NCBI GenBank assembly: GCA_963841755.1
Contig: CAWJDX010000025.1
Span: forward strand, 67,048-131,047
From: an uncultured Candidatus Rokubacteria bacterium
GTDB lineage: Bacteria; Methylomirabilota; Methylomirabilia; Rokubacteriales; CSP1-6
Length of the DNA stretch: 64,000 nt
Direction of reading: 5' to 3'
Each line of letters begins with the position of its first letter. Position 1 is the stretch's first letter. The notes beneath the pieces are model-generated. The model searched no databases and was not told where the DNA came from. It saw nothing but the letters and a program-made list of their open reading frames with translations. Positions 51,241-61,602 of this stretch are shown here, one piece after another. The translations under genes were made by a program, and so were the position numbers.

Positions 51241-51891
51241 CTACGAGTACTTGACGGTGCAGCCGTACGCGCGCGTGATCGGCGTCTTCACCGGCTGGCC
51301 CGCGCTCACCGACTCGAGGGCCGCGCGGACGTAGTTGCTGGCGCCCGGCACGTCGGCCCGCCGGGTGGTGGGCCGGTCGTCGATGGCGCCCGCGTAGATG
51401 AGGGTGCCCGCCTTGTCCACCACGTACATGTGCGGGGTGTTGGTGGCGCCGTACATGCGCCCGACCACGCCCGGCTCGTCGAGCAGCACCGCGGTGGGCG
51501 CCGCCTTGCGGCTCGTGGTCAGCTCGTCGGCCTGCGCGGCGGTCACGTAGCCCTGCTCGCCCTTGGCCGAGGAGATCAGGGTGAGCCAGACCACGCCCTG
51601 CCCGGTGGCCTCGCGCTGCAGCGCCTGCATGTTGCCGGTCTCGTAGTGCTTCCGCACGTAGGGGCACTCGTGGTTGGTCCACTCGAGCACCACGATCTTG
51701 CCCTTGTAGGACGCGAGGCTCACCGGGGAGCCGTTCGTGGCGTTGGCGGTGAAGGCGGGGGCGGCCTCGCCGACCTTCGCCTGCACCGCGGCGGAGGCGG
51801 CGCGCGGGCCGAGGGTGGTGGCGACACCGCCGACCAGGATGGCGGCACCGGTGCGGGTGAGGAAGCGGCGGCGGCTCAGTGACTCGGGCAT
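51241..51891 (-). CDS. periplasmic thioredoxin-fold (redoxin) protein, Tat signal, single CP motif
   Basis: ATG 51891. MPESLSRRRFLTRTGAAILVGG...KIVVLEWTNHECPYVRKHYETGNMQALQ.... Confidence 0.75.
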   Translation of the reverse strand: MPESLSRRRFLTRTGAAILVGGVATTLGPRAASAAVQAKVGEAAPAFTANATNGSPVSLASYKGKIVVLEWTNHECPYVRKHYETGNMQALQREATGQGVVWLTLISSAKGEQGYVTAAQADELTTSRKAAPTAVLLDEPGVVGRMYGATNTPHMYVVDKAGTLIYAGAIDDRPTTRRADVPGASNYVRAALESVSAGQPVKTPITRAYGCTVKYS

Positions 51892-51920
51892 CGGGTGGTC
51901 TCCTTTCGCTGACGTCGGGC

Positions 51921-54034
51921 TCAGAGCTTCCGGACGGCCTCGATGATGGTTCCCTCGCTCAGGATCTGCGGTAGCACGCGCGGCGGCGAGCTGCCGCCGC
52001 GGTAGAGCACGTAGAGCGGCACACCGCTCCGCCCGAAGGATTCGAGCAGCGCCGCGATCTCGGGGCTCTTGCTGGTCCAGTCGGCCTTGAGGTAGACGAC
52101 GCCCCGCCGGGCGAAGGCGTCGGTCACCGCGGGCGAGTGCAGCGCCACCCGCTCGTTCACGAGGCAGGTGATGCACCAGGCGGCGGTGAAGTTGACGAAG
52201 ACCGGCGTGCCCTGCGCGCGCAGCGCGGCCAGGCGCTCCGCCGTGAACGGCTCCCAGGCCGCGCCCGCGGGCGCGGCCGCGGCGGGCGCGGGCGACGGGC
52301 TCGTCGCCACCAGCGGGCCGAGGCCGAGCGCGCCGGCCACGCAGCCGAGCGCGAGCACGGTGGCCGCGCGACGCCAGCGCACGGAGGTGCCCGCGCGGGT
52401 GGCCTGGTGGAGCCACGCCGCGAAGCCGATCAGGAGCAGTCCGATCAGGACCAGCGCCACTCCGTCCGGCCCGGCCTGGCGGCTCGACCACCCACACGAG
52501 CCAGGCCACGGAGGCGTAGAGCGGGAAGGCGAGCGCCTGCTTGAGCCGCTCCATCCAGGGGCCCGGGCGGGGCAGCAGGCGCCGCCACGCGGGGACCAGG
52601 GAGAGCGCCAGGAATGGCAGGGCGAGGCCGAGCCCGAGGGCCTCGAAGACCAGCAGCGCGGTGGCCGGCGGCTGGGTGAGCGCGTAGCCCACCGCCACGC
52701 CCATGAACGGGGCGGTGCAGGGCGTCGCGGCCACCGCGGCCAGCGCGCCGGTGAAGAAGGAGCCCCGGTAGCCCGGGCGGGCCGCCAGCCCGTGGCCGAC
52801 GCCGGTCAGCCGGGTGCCGAGCACCAGGACGCCCGAGAGGCTCAGGCCGAGCGCGAAGAGCAGGTAGGCGAGCGCGCCCACGACCACCGGGGACTGGAGC
52901 TGGAAGCCCCAGCCGACCTCGGCCCCGCCCGCGCGCAGCGCGATCAGGGCACCGGCCAGCGCGGCGAACGAGACCAGCACGCCGGCCGTGTAGGCGAGCC
53001 CGTGGCGCCGCAGGACGGCCGACGAGGTCTGGGCATGGGAGACCAGGGCAATCGCCTTGACGGAAAGCACCGGTAGAACGCACGGCATGAGATTCAGGAT
53101 GAGCCCGCCGGCGAGGGCCAGGCCGATCGCGACCACGAGAGAGAGCCCCGCGCGGGCGGCGGAGGACTTCGGGGGCGGCGGTCGCCCGGATCGCGAAGGC
53201 CTGGGTCACCAGCCCCTGGTCCAGCCGCTCGCGCATCACCAGGACGCCGTCGAGATCGGTCGCGGGGCCGTCCGGCAGCGCGCCGCGGGCGATGCGCAGC
53301 GTGATGCCGCCCTCGTCGATGGTGACCGCCTGGGCCGCCGCGTGATCGATGACGCCCCAGCGGGCCGGGAAGAACCACACGTCCGAGATCCGGTCGGCGG
53401 CCAGGCGAGGGGCCGCGACCGACACGCGTCACGGTCTCGGGCGTCGCGCTCAGCGTCGCGGGCCACGGGCTCGGGGCCGGGACCGCGCGGCGGGCGCTGC
53501 TCGATGGCCGGCGCGGTCACCGCCGGGGCCGGACGGCCCGCGATGACCGGCAGGGTCAGCGCGACGTCGGCCTCCTCGGGGATGCAGGTCTTCTCGCACA
53601 CGAGCCACGAGGCCCGGCCGCGCAGCGTGACGCGGCTCCCGGGCTGGGCGTCGGCCGGCACGGTGACGCGGGTGAGCAGGACGACCTCCTTGGTGTAGCC
53701 GTAGCTCATCACCGGCCCCACCGGCAGCCGCTCGGGCCGCGGCCACACGATCGGCTCCGCGCCGAACCCGGTGGGAAGAGACCATTCGATGCTCGGCGCC
53801 TCGCCGGAGTCGCCCGGGTTGAGCCAGTAGGTGTGCCAGCCCGGGGCGATGCGCTGCCGGAGCCCCACCCAGAGCGGAGAGCCCGGCTCGATGGACGCGC
53901 CCTCGCTGATCAGCGCCACCGAGACCTTGGGCGGGTCCGGCGGGGGGAGGGCCACCGGCGCGCGGCGGGGCGGCGAGCGCGGGTCCGGCCAGGAACCCGA
54001 CCAGGAGCGCGGCGGCGAGCAGGCGAATCGCCAT
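51921..54034 (-). CDS. DsbD/ScsB-like thiol:disulfide interchange protein (N-terminal domain + DsbD TM core + C-terminal thioredoxin); about five frame breaks
   Basis: ATG 54034: MAIRLLAAALLVGFLAGPALA. The pieces join across 53236..53955 (...WHTYWLNPGDSG...WLVCEKTCIPE), 52445..53425, 51241..53136 (...GGLILNLMPCVLPVLS...ATPCTAPFMG) and 51921..52460 (...FTAAWCITCLVNE...). Breaks are near 53958, 53480, 53430, 53140-53200 and 52488. Length is 2 mod 3. Confidence 0.75.
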
Positions 54035-54054
54035 CGCGGGGAAGCCGGCTACGA

Positions 54055-54510
54055 CTACGGCTTCACGTTCTCGAAGAGCGCGCGGTACTTGCCGTACCCT
54101 TCCTCTTCGAGCTTGGCGACGGGGATGAAGCGGAGCGCCGCCGAGTTGATGCAGTAGCGCATCCCGGTCGGGCGCGGGCCGTCGGGGAAGAGGTGGCCCA
54201 GGTGCGAGTCGCCCTCGGTGGAGCGCACCTCGATCCGGCGCATGCCGTACGAGGTGTCCGAGTGCTCGACCACGTTGGCCGGCTCGATCGGCTGCACGAA
54301 GCTCGGCCAGCCGGTCCCCGAGTCGAACTTGTCGGTCGAGGAGAAGAGCGGCTCGCCCGAGACCACGTCCACGTAGATGCCGGGCTCGTGGTGGTCCCAG
54401 AACTCGTTCCGGAACGGCGGCTCGGTGGCGCTGCACTGGGTGACGTTGTACTGTTCCGGGGTCAGACGCTTCTGCAGATCCGGATCGGCGGCGCGCTTGT
54501 CGGTAGCCAT
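54055..54510 (-). CDS. msrB: peptide-methionine (R)-S-oxide reductase
   Basis: ATG 54510, 151 aa. ...[47 protein letters not shown]...[21 protein letters not shown] (catalytic Cys in RYCIN). Confidence 0.9.
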   Translation of the reverse strand: MATDKRAADPDLQKRLTPEQYNVTQCSATEPPFRNEFWDHHEPGIYVDVVSGEPLFSSTDKFDSGTGWPSFVQPIEPANVVEHSDTSYGMRRIEVRSTEGDSHLGHLFPDGPRPTGMRYCINSAALRFIPVAKLEEEGYGKYRALFENVKP

Positions 54511-54543
54511 GGCACCAGTGAGTATACCCTCGAGAGGCAAGTC

Positions 54544-55431
54544 ATGAGCGACGAGATCAATATCCAGTTCACCCGCTTCTCCGCCTTCTACTCCCCGCTG
54601 ATCGCCACGATCGCGGGCGGCTTCCTCCGGGACGAGGGGCTCACCCCCCGGCACTCGATCGCGCCCCTCGGCAAGTCGGCCATCGAGGGGGTGGCGGCCG
54701 GCACCGTGCACGTCTGCCAGTCCGCGCCGTCGCAGGGCTTCGGCCCGCTCGAGAAGGGCCAGACGCCGCCCGCCGTCCACTTCGCCCAGATCAACGAGAT
54801 GGACGGCTTCTTTCTCACCGGCCGGGCGGCCGACCCCGGGTTCGCCTGGGACAAGCTCAAGGGCAAGCGGGTCCTCGTCGACCACGGCGGCCAGCCCCTC
54901 GCCATGTTCAAGTACGCCTGCCACAAGCGCGGGCTCGACTTCGCGGCGATCCAGGCGGTGAACGTGCCGAGCGACCAGATGGACGCGGCGTTCCGGCGCG
55001 GCGAGGGCGACTACATCCATCAGCAGGGCCCCGCGCCCCAGCAGCTCGAGCACGACCGGGTCGGCCACGTGGTGGCCTCGGTGGGGCAGGCGATCGGCCC
55101 GCTCGCCTTCTCGAGCCTGGCCGCCACGCGCGCGTGGCTCCAGACCGACATGGCCCGGCGGTTCATGCGCGCCTACCGCAAGGCGCGGGCGTGGCTGCTG
55201 GCCACTCCCGCCGCCGACGTCGCGAAGGCGGAGGCCTCGTTCTTCCCCGAGATCGACCCCGCGGTGCTGACGTCGACGATCGGCTACTACCAGAAGCTCG
55301 GGTGCTGGTCCCCGCACGTGGAGATCACGCGGCCGGCCTTCGAGGTGGCGCTCGACGTCTTCGAGTACTCGAAGCTGATCACGAAGCGCCACCGCTACGA
55401 GGACGTCGTGGCGCCGCCCCCCGCGGGCTAG
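54544..55431 (+). CDS. NMT1/THI5-like (SsuA-type fold) protein without signal peptide
   Basis: ATG 54544, 295 aa. [33 protein letters not shown].... No hydrophobic N-terminus. Confidence 0.6.
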   Translation: MSDEINIQFTRFSAFYSPLIATIAGGFLRDEGLTPRHSIAPLGKSAIEGVAAGTVHVCQSAPSQGFGPLEKGQTPPAVHFAQINEMDGFFLTGRAADPGFAWDKLKGKRVLVDHGGQPLAMFKYACHKRGLDFAAIQAVNVPSDQMDAAFRRGEGDYIHQQGPAPQQLEHDRVGHVVASVGQAIGPLAFSSLAATRAWLQTDMARRFMRAYRKARAWLLATPAADVAKAEASFFPEIDPAVLTSTIGYYQKLGCWSPHVEITRPAFEVALDVFEYSKLITKRHRYEDVVAPPPAG

Positions 55432-55441
55432 GCCGCTCCGA

Positions 55442-55460
55442 GCGCGGGCTTCGCCCGCGC
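55442..55460. terminator. hairpin between convergent genes
   Basis: GCGCGGGC-TTC-GCCCGCGC: perfect 8-bp stem, no clear T-tract. Confidence 0.35.
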
Positions 55461-55477
55461 AATCCTGGGGGGAGGTT

Positions 55478-55505
55478 TCGGAAGGGGGGCGAAGCCCCCC
55501 TCCGA
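55478..55505. terminator. second hairpin between convergent genes
   Basis: TCGGA(A)GGGGGGC-GAA-GCCCCCCTCCGA: 12 bp with one bulge. It lies 2 nt from the stop of the minus-strand acyl-CoA dehydrogenase gene. Confidence 0.4.
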
Positions 55506-55506
55506 G

Positions 55507-56749
55507 TCAACGATTGCCGGTCGGGAGCTGCTCGAAGGGCAGGTCGCGGTCCACGCGCACGTCCTGGGGCAGGCCGAGCACGCGCTCCGCGATGATGTTG
55601 CGCAGGATCTCGTCGGTGCCGGCCGCGATGCGGCCGCCCGGCGAGGTGAGCAGCGACTCCTGGAAGGCGGCGCGCAGCGGCGCCACGTCCTTGTCCATCA
55701 CCACCCCGCCCATGTCGAGCAGATCCATCGCGAACGAGGCGATCTCCTGGGCCTTGGGCGCGTTGACCAGCTTGCCGATGGAGTTCTCCGGCCCCGGGGT
55801 CTCCCCGCGGGAGAGCGCGGTCATGGTCCGGAAGCGGGTGAGCCGCACGCCCTGGGTCTTCACGTAGAGGTCGGCGAGCCGCTCGCGCACCGCCGCGTTG
55901 GCGATGGCGGGGCCGTCCTCGAGCGTGGTCACGCGGGCGAGGCCGAAGATCTCCTCGAAGTCGGGCCCGCGCAGGTCGCCGGAGGTGAGCCGCTCGTTCA
56001 TGAGCGTGGTGATGGCCACGCCCCAGCCCGCCCCCACCGCGCCGAGGCGCTGGCTGTCCGGGATGCGCACGTCGTTGAAGTACACCTCGTTGAAGTGGGA
56101 CGCGCCCGAGATCTGCTTGATGCGGCGGGTCTCGATGCCGGCCGACTTCATGTCGAGGAAGAAGAAGGTGAGGCCCTTGTGCTTGGCCGCCTTGGGGTCG
56201 CTGCGCGCGACCAGGATCGCCCGGTCCGCCCAGTGGGCGCCCGAGGTCCAGATCTTCTGCCCGTTGATCACCCAGTCGTCGCCGTCGCGCTGGGCGCGCG
56301 TGCGCAGGCCGGCCAGGTCGGAGCCGGCGCCCGGCTCGGAGAAGAGCTGGCACCACACCTCGTCGCCGCGGAGCGCGACGGGGGCGTAGCGCTGCTTCTG
56401 GCTCTCGGTGCCGTAGGCGAAGAGCGTGGGCATGCACATGCCGAGGCCGATCTCGAAGTAGCCGCGCGGGACCAGGAACTTCGATTCTTCCTGGGAGTAG
56501 ATCACCTGGTAGATCGGCGGCAGCGCGCGCCCGCCCCACTCGGCGGGCCAGTGGAGCGCGGCGAAGCCGGCCTCCGCCTTCTTCGACTGGAAGGCCTTGG
56601 CGCGCTCGAGCCCGTCCCAGCCCTCGCGGCCCGGGTACCGGCTCTGCCAGGTCTCGAAGGCGCCGCGCTTGGGCTCGGCGTGGGAGGCGAGCCACTGCGC
56701 GCGCCTCGGTGCGGAACGCCGCTTCTTCTCGCGTGTCGTCGAAGTCCAC
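55507..56749 (-). CDS. acyl-CoA dehydrogenase; frame broken near 56697
   Basis: GTG 56749 after AGGAG: VDFDDTREEAAFRTEARA, then the +1 frame reads WLASHAEPKRGAF...LFSEPGAGSDLAGLRTRA...WVINGQKIWTSGAH...GTDEILRNIIAERVLGLP. Length is 1 mod 3. Confidence 0.85.
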
Positions 56750-56758
56750 GGTGCGCTC

Positions 56759-57892
56759 CTAGGCGGCGCCCGCCTCGAGGCGGGAGACCAGCAGATCCTT
56801 CCAGCGACGGGCGCTGCCCAGCATGAGGCCGGTGAGCTTGGCGCGCCGGTAGTGGAGATGGCAGTCGAACTCCCAGGTGAAGCCCATGCCGCCGTGGATC
56901 TGGATGTTCTCCTTGGCGGCCTGGTAGTAGGCCTCGCTCGCGGCGACGCGCGCCGCGGCGGCGGCCACCGGCAGCTCGGGGGCGTCCTTGGTGAGCGCCC
57001 ACGCGCCGTAGTAGGCATTCGAGCGCGCCAGCTCCACGCCCACGTACATGTCGGCGAGCTTGTGCTTGATCGCCTGGAACGAGGCGATCTGCCGGCCGAA
57101 CGCGAAGCGGCCGAGGGCGTACTCGCGGGCCATCTCGAGCGCGGCCTGCGCGCCGCCGAGCTGCTCGAAGGCCACCAGCACCGCGGCGCGGTCGAGGAGC
57201 CGCTCGGTGAGCGGCCAGCCCTGGCCCGGCGCGCCGAGGGGCTCGGCGGGCGCGGCGTCGAACGAGAGGCGCGCGTGCGAGCGGGTGGGGTCGACGGTGG
57301 CCACGGAGGCGCGCGTGACGCCGGGGCCCTTCAGGTCGACCAGGAAGAGCCCGGCGCGGCCGGCGCCCTCGGCGGCGAGGACGATGGCGAAGTCCGCCAC
57401 GTCGCCGTCCGCCACCGGCACCTTGGCGCCGGTCAGGCGCGAGCCCTCGGCGCGCGTCGAGAGGTTGGCGGGCGTCGCCACCTGCGGCCCTTCGGCGATC
57501 GCGAGGCAGCCGATGGCCTCGCCCTGCGCGATGCGCGGGAGCCAGCGCTTCTTCTGCGCGTCGCTGCCCGCGAGCAGGAGCGCCTCGGCGGCCAGGTAGA
57601 TCGTCGAGGCGAACGGGGTGGGGGCGAGGCTCCGGCCCAGCTCCTCGGCGATGACGCACAGCTCGAGGTGGCCGAAGCCGGCGCCGCCGAGGGGCTCGGG
57701 GATCGCGGTGCCCATCCAGCCCATCTCGCCCATCCCGCGCCAGAGCTCCGCGTCGTAGGGCGCGGCGCCCTCGAGGATGCGGCGGACGCGGGTGGAGGAG
57801 GCGTGCTCGGAGAGGAACTTCCGCGCCTGGTCGCGCAGGGACTTCTGGTCGGCCGAGAAGTCGAAGTTCACGGCGGGGGGATCATACGGCAT
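56759..57892 (-). CDS. acyl-CoA dehydrogenase family protein
   Basis: Intact 377-aa ORF. ...QIASFQAIKHKLADM...QIHGGMGFTWEFDCHLHYRRAK. Confidence 0.85.
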   Translation of the reverse strand: MPYDPPAVNFDFSADQKSLRDQARKFLSEHASSTRVRRILEGAAPYDAELWRGMGEMGWMGTAIPEPLGGAGFGHLELCVIAEELGRSLAPTPFASTIYLAAEALLLAGSDAQKKRWLPRIAQGEAIGCLAIAEGPQVATPANLSTRAEGSRLTGAKVPVADGDVADFAIVLAAEGAGRAGLFLVDLKGPGVTRASVATVDPTRSHARLSFDAAPAEPLGAPGQGWPLTERLLDRAAVLVAFEQLGGAQAALEMAREYALGRFAFGRQIASFQAIKHKLADMYVGVELARSNAYYGAWALTKDAPELPVAAAAARVAASEAYYQAAKENIQIHGGMGFTWEFDCHLHYRRAKLTGLMLGSARRWKDLLVSRLEAGAA

Positions 57893-58005
57893 CCGCGGCG
57901 GGACGCCAGCCGGGGGCGCGCTTCTTCGGGCTTGCGCGCGGCGCCCGCGCCCGCGAGACTACGCGCCACGGGTCTACACCCCTCAGCTCTAGACCCCTCA
58001 CCCTG

Positions 58006-58028
58006 CCCTCTCCCCTCAGGGGAGAGGG
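58006..58028. repeat. REP-like perfect hairpin in a divergent intergenic region
   Basis: CCCTCTCCCC-TCA-GGGGAGAGGG: 10-bp stem, 17 nt upstream of ATG 58046. Confidence 0.7.
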
Positions 58029-58045
58029 AGACATGGAGGCGAGCC

Positions 58046-59140
58046 ATGCAGGCGACGGCGGCGGTGCTCTACGAGGCGAAGAAGCCGGTGGTGGTGGAGG
58101 ACGTGGAGGTGCTGGAGCCCGGCTCGCACGAGGTGGCCGTGCGCTGGGCCGCCAACGGGGTGTGCCACAGCGACCTGCACGTGGTCACCGGCGACTACCC
58201 GCATCCGCTCCCGGTGATCCTCGGACACGAGGCGGCCGGGGTGGTGGAGAAGATCGGGCCCGGGGTGGAGACGGTGAAGGTGGGCGATCACGTCTGCTCG
58301 AGCTACATCCCGTCGTGCGGCCGCTGCGCCTACTGCATCGGGGGCCAGCCCACCATGTGCGCGCTGCGCGACAAGCCGCGGTGGTTCATGCACGACGGCA
58401 CGAGCCGCTTCCGGCGGAACGGCCAGCCGCTCCATCACTTCCTCCAGGTCGCGGGCTACGCGACCCACGCGGTGCTGCCCGAGCTGAGCGTGATCCCGAT
58501 CCGGGCCGACGCGCCGCTCGACGTGGTCTGCCTGGTGAGCTGCGGGGTGCTGGCCGGGGCGGGCCCGGTGTTCAACCGCGCCAAGGTGCCGCCGGGGGCG
58601 AGCGTGGCGGTGTGGGGCGCGGGCGGGGTCGGCCTCAACACCATCCAGGCCGCGCGCATGGTCGGCGCGGGCAAGGTCATCGCGGTGGACGTCATGCGCC
58701 AGAAGCTCGAGTGGGCCCAGGAGTTCGGGGCCACCCACATCGTCGACGCCTCGAAGGAGGACCCGGTCGCCGCGGTGCAGCGGCTCTCGGGCACCGGCGG
58801 GGTGGACTTCGCGTTCGAGGTGGTCGGGACCCAGAAGACCATCGAGCAGGCGGTGCTGGCCACCCACCGGGGCGGCACCTGCGTGGTGGTCGGCGTCTCG
58901 CCGGCGGGGACGCGGATCTCGCTCGATCCGTCGCTCTTCCTGCAGCAGCGCGTGCTCACCGGCTCGTCCTTCGGCGGCGGGCACCAGCGCACCGACGTCC
59001 CGATGCTGATCGACCTCTACATGGCCGGGCAGTACAAGCTCGACGAGCTGATCAGCCGGCGGCTGCCGCTCGCGGAGCTGAACGAGGGCTTCGACCTCAT
59101 GCTCCAGGGCGAGGTGAAGCGGAGCGTGATCGTCTACTAG
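58046..59140 (+). CDS. zinc-dependent alcohol dehydrogenase (class III / MDR family)
   Basis: ATG 58046. GVCHSDLH, GHEAAGVV, CGRCAYC structural-zinc motif, GAGGVG Rossmann motif. 364 aa. Confidence 0.9.
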   Translation: MQATAAVLYEAKKPVVVEDVEVLEPGSHEVAVRWAANGVCHSDLHVVTGDYPHPLPVILGHEAAGVVEKIGPGVETVKVGDHVCSSYIPSCGRCAYCIGGQPTMCALRDKPRWFMHDGTSRFRRNGQPLHHFLQVAGYATHAVLPELSVIPIRADAPLDVVCLVSCGVLAGAGPVFNRAKVPPGASVAVWGAGGVGLNTIQAARMVGAGKVIAVDVMRQKLEWAQEFGATHIVDASKEDPVAAVQRLSGTGGVDFAFEVVGTQKTIEQAVLATHRGGTCVVVGVSPAGTRISLDPSLFLQQRVLTGSSFGGGHQRTDVPMLIDLYMAGQYKLDELISRRLPLAELNEGFDLMLQGEVKRSVIVY

Positions 59141-60202
59141 CGATGGCGCCCGGTACGTCACGTAGTCGTGCTCGCAGGGCGGGCCGACCGCGACCTCCAT
59201 CCGTCCGGCCTCGAGGTCGGAGATGATCGAGGCGAAGCTGTAGGAGACGCGCTCGCCGGGGTGCGCGCAGATCGAGTGGGGCCGGTTGGCGTGGTCGCGC
59301 AGCACCGTCTTGAGCGTCTCCGCGTCGAGCCGCCCGCGATGCGTCTCCATCAGCGCCGCGATGCGCTCCTGGCGGCAGGTGGAGTTGTGGAGCTCGTCGG
59401 CGTTCGCGGTCTCGTGCGCGGCCATCCCGGGGACCACGTGGTGATTGGCGTGCACCAGGCAGCCGTCGCCCCAGGCGAGGCCGTGCTCCCGCGCGGTGGT
59501 CTCGATGTCGACCATCGCGCCGGCGCGGTCGGCCAGCAGCAGGTTGCGTGACGACGCGCGCCGCGGGGTCAGCGCCGCGTCCACCGCGGCCTTGAGGGTC
59601 GGCTGCTCGATGGCGAGCCGGGTCAGCAGGTAGCGCGGGAAGCCGGTGCGCCAGCCCGCCGAGCGCAGGAAGTTGGCGTCGGCCGAGAGGCCCTCGCTGC
59701 TCATCCCGAGGTAGCTGATCTGCCCCGCCGGCACCAGCATCATCACCGCGGGCTTGCCGGTGACCGCGAAGGTGAGCACCGCGCTGAAGGCCTCGATGCC
59801 GCCCGCGAGGTCCGCGTTCTGGCCCGCGAAGGTCCCGCCGGTGCGGGTGTAGGGGCCCGAGACCGCGAAGCTCGTGCACTCGAGGTCCACGGTGCCGAAG
59901 CGGGCCACGTGCGCGACCTCCTGGCGGACCTGCAGCAGGAGCGCCTCCGCGAGCTCGATCCCGGCCCCCTCGGCCACGCCCTCGATCTCGTCCAGGAAGT
60001 GGGGCGCGGCCTCGCCGATCATGGGCCCGAAGGCCAGCGCCCAGCGTCGCGCGGTATCCGGGGCGAGCTGCGAGCGCTGGGCGCCCTGGGTGTAGATCAG
60101 CTCGAGGTGCGCCCGGATCATCGGACGCAGGGCCTCGCCGTGCAGCCGACCGACTTCACGGTGGCTGCCGCGCAGGACGTGGTGCGGAAACGTCGCGCTC
60201 AT
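59137..60202 (-). CDS. C45-family (acyl-CoA:6-APA acyltransferase-like, Ntn) hydrolase/acyltransferase; 3' end uncertain (no in-frame stop)
   Basis: ATG 60202 overlaps the upstream TGA (ATGA). MSATFPHHVLRGSHREVGRLHG...VDLECTSFAVSG (Cys nucleophile)...GQNADL.... The body frame has no stop until 58016. The +1 frame has a double TAG TAG at 59139..59134. Length to it is 1 mod 3. Confidence 0.65.
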
Positions 60203-61579
60203 GCCGCGGCCTCCGGGCAGATCTCGGGGATCACCCGGTCCAGCACCGACACGATGCGGTCGATCTCGGGGCGGGTGAGGACCAGCGGCGGCGCGAGGAC
60301 GAGGGTGTTGCCGAGATGGCGGCCGCCGCCCGAGCGGCCCACGATCACCCCCAGCTCCTGGCAGCGCTCGGTGATGCGCTTGATCTGGGCCTGCGGCATC
60401 ACCGCCTTCGAGGCGCGGTCGGTCACCAGCTCCACGCCCGCGTAGAGGCCCTTGCCGCGCACGTCGCCCACCCACTTGTGCCGGGTCAGGGTCCGGAGCG
60501 CGTCGAGCAGGTACGCGCCGTTCTCGGCGGAGCGCTCGGCGAGCTTCTCCTGCAGCAGGATCTCGATGTTCCGGAGCGGCCACCGCGGCCGCCACCGGAT
60601 GGCCGCCGTAGGTGTTGACCTGGTTCACCTGCCGGTTCTCCGACGGATCGCCGAGGAAGGACTGGAAGACGGTGTTGCGGACCACGGTGGCCGCCATCGG
60701 CAGGTAGGCGCTCGAGATGCCCTTGGCCACCGTGACGATGTCGGGCTTGATCCCCGCGTGCTCGTGGGCGAAGAGCCGGCCGGTCCGGCCGAAGCCGTTG
60801 ATGACCTCGTCGACGTGCAGGAGGACCCCGTGCTTCTTGCAGAGCTCGGCCACCGCGGGCAGGTAGCCGTCCGGCGGGACCGCGACGCCCACCGCGCTCA
60901 TGATCGGCTCGATGATCACCTCGGCCACCGTCTCCGGCCCCTCGCCCTGGATGGTGGTCTCCATGTTCTTGACGCAGGCCAGCTCGCAGCTCGTCGGCTC
61001 GAGCCCGAACGGGCAGCGGTAGCAGTAGGGCGGGGCCACGTGGACGAAGTCGTTGCCGGAGAGCGGCTCGAACTTCATCTTGCGGTCGCCCATGCCGCCC
61101 GCGGCGAGGGTGGCGAGCGTGGTGCCGTGATAGGCGTAGTAGCGGCTGATCGTCTTGTAGCGGTTCTGCTGGGGGAACTCGTGCCGCGCGTACTGCCGCG
61201 CGAACTTGAAGGCGGCCTCGTTGGCCTCCGAGCCCGAGCTGACGAAGTAGACGTGGTTGTCGCCGCCCAGCAGCCCGTTCACCTTCTCGGCGAGCGCGGC
61301 GGCGGGCCGGTTCATCGCGGTGTGCGGGTAGTAGGCGAGATCCCGCATCTGGTCGGCCGCCACCTCGGCCAGCTCGGTGCGCCCGTAGCCGATGTTCACG
61401 CACCAGAGCCCGGCCATGCCGTCGAGGTACTCGCGGCCGTCGGCGTCGACCACGGTGGAGTCCTTGCCGGAGACGATGACGAGCTGCTGCTGCTCGAGCT
61501 GCTTGTGGGGCACGATCGGGTGGATGACGTTGTCCAGGTCCTGCCGGACCACCGCGGGCCGGTCGGGGGCGTTCGACAT
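60199..61579 (-). CDS. class III (omega-type) pyridoxal-phosphate aminotransferase; frame broken near 60581
   Basis: ATG 61579 after AGGAGA. ...GLWCVNIGYGR...SGSEANE...LHVDEVINGFGRTG...AKGISSAYLPM...TYGGHPVAAAVA, then the +1 frame reads LRNIEILLQEKL...GDVRGKGLYAGVEL.... Length is 1 mod 3. Confidence 0.85.
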
Positions 61580-61602
61580 GGGGAGTCTCCTGTCTTCCCG
61601 CG

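Noticed and set aside
54055-54510. MsrB, OsmC and the periplasmic redoxin could be additional selenoproteins, since Sec forms of these families exist.
   Set aside because: Their catalytic positions are encoded by ordinary Cys codons (RYCINS, GTCTSM/DRCPVH, HECPYV), and there is no internal TGA.
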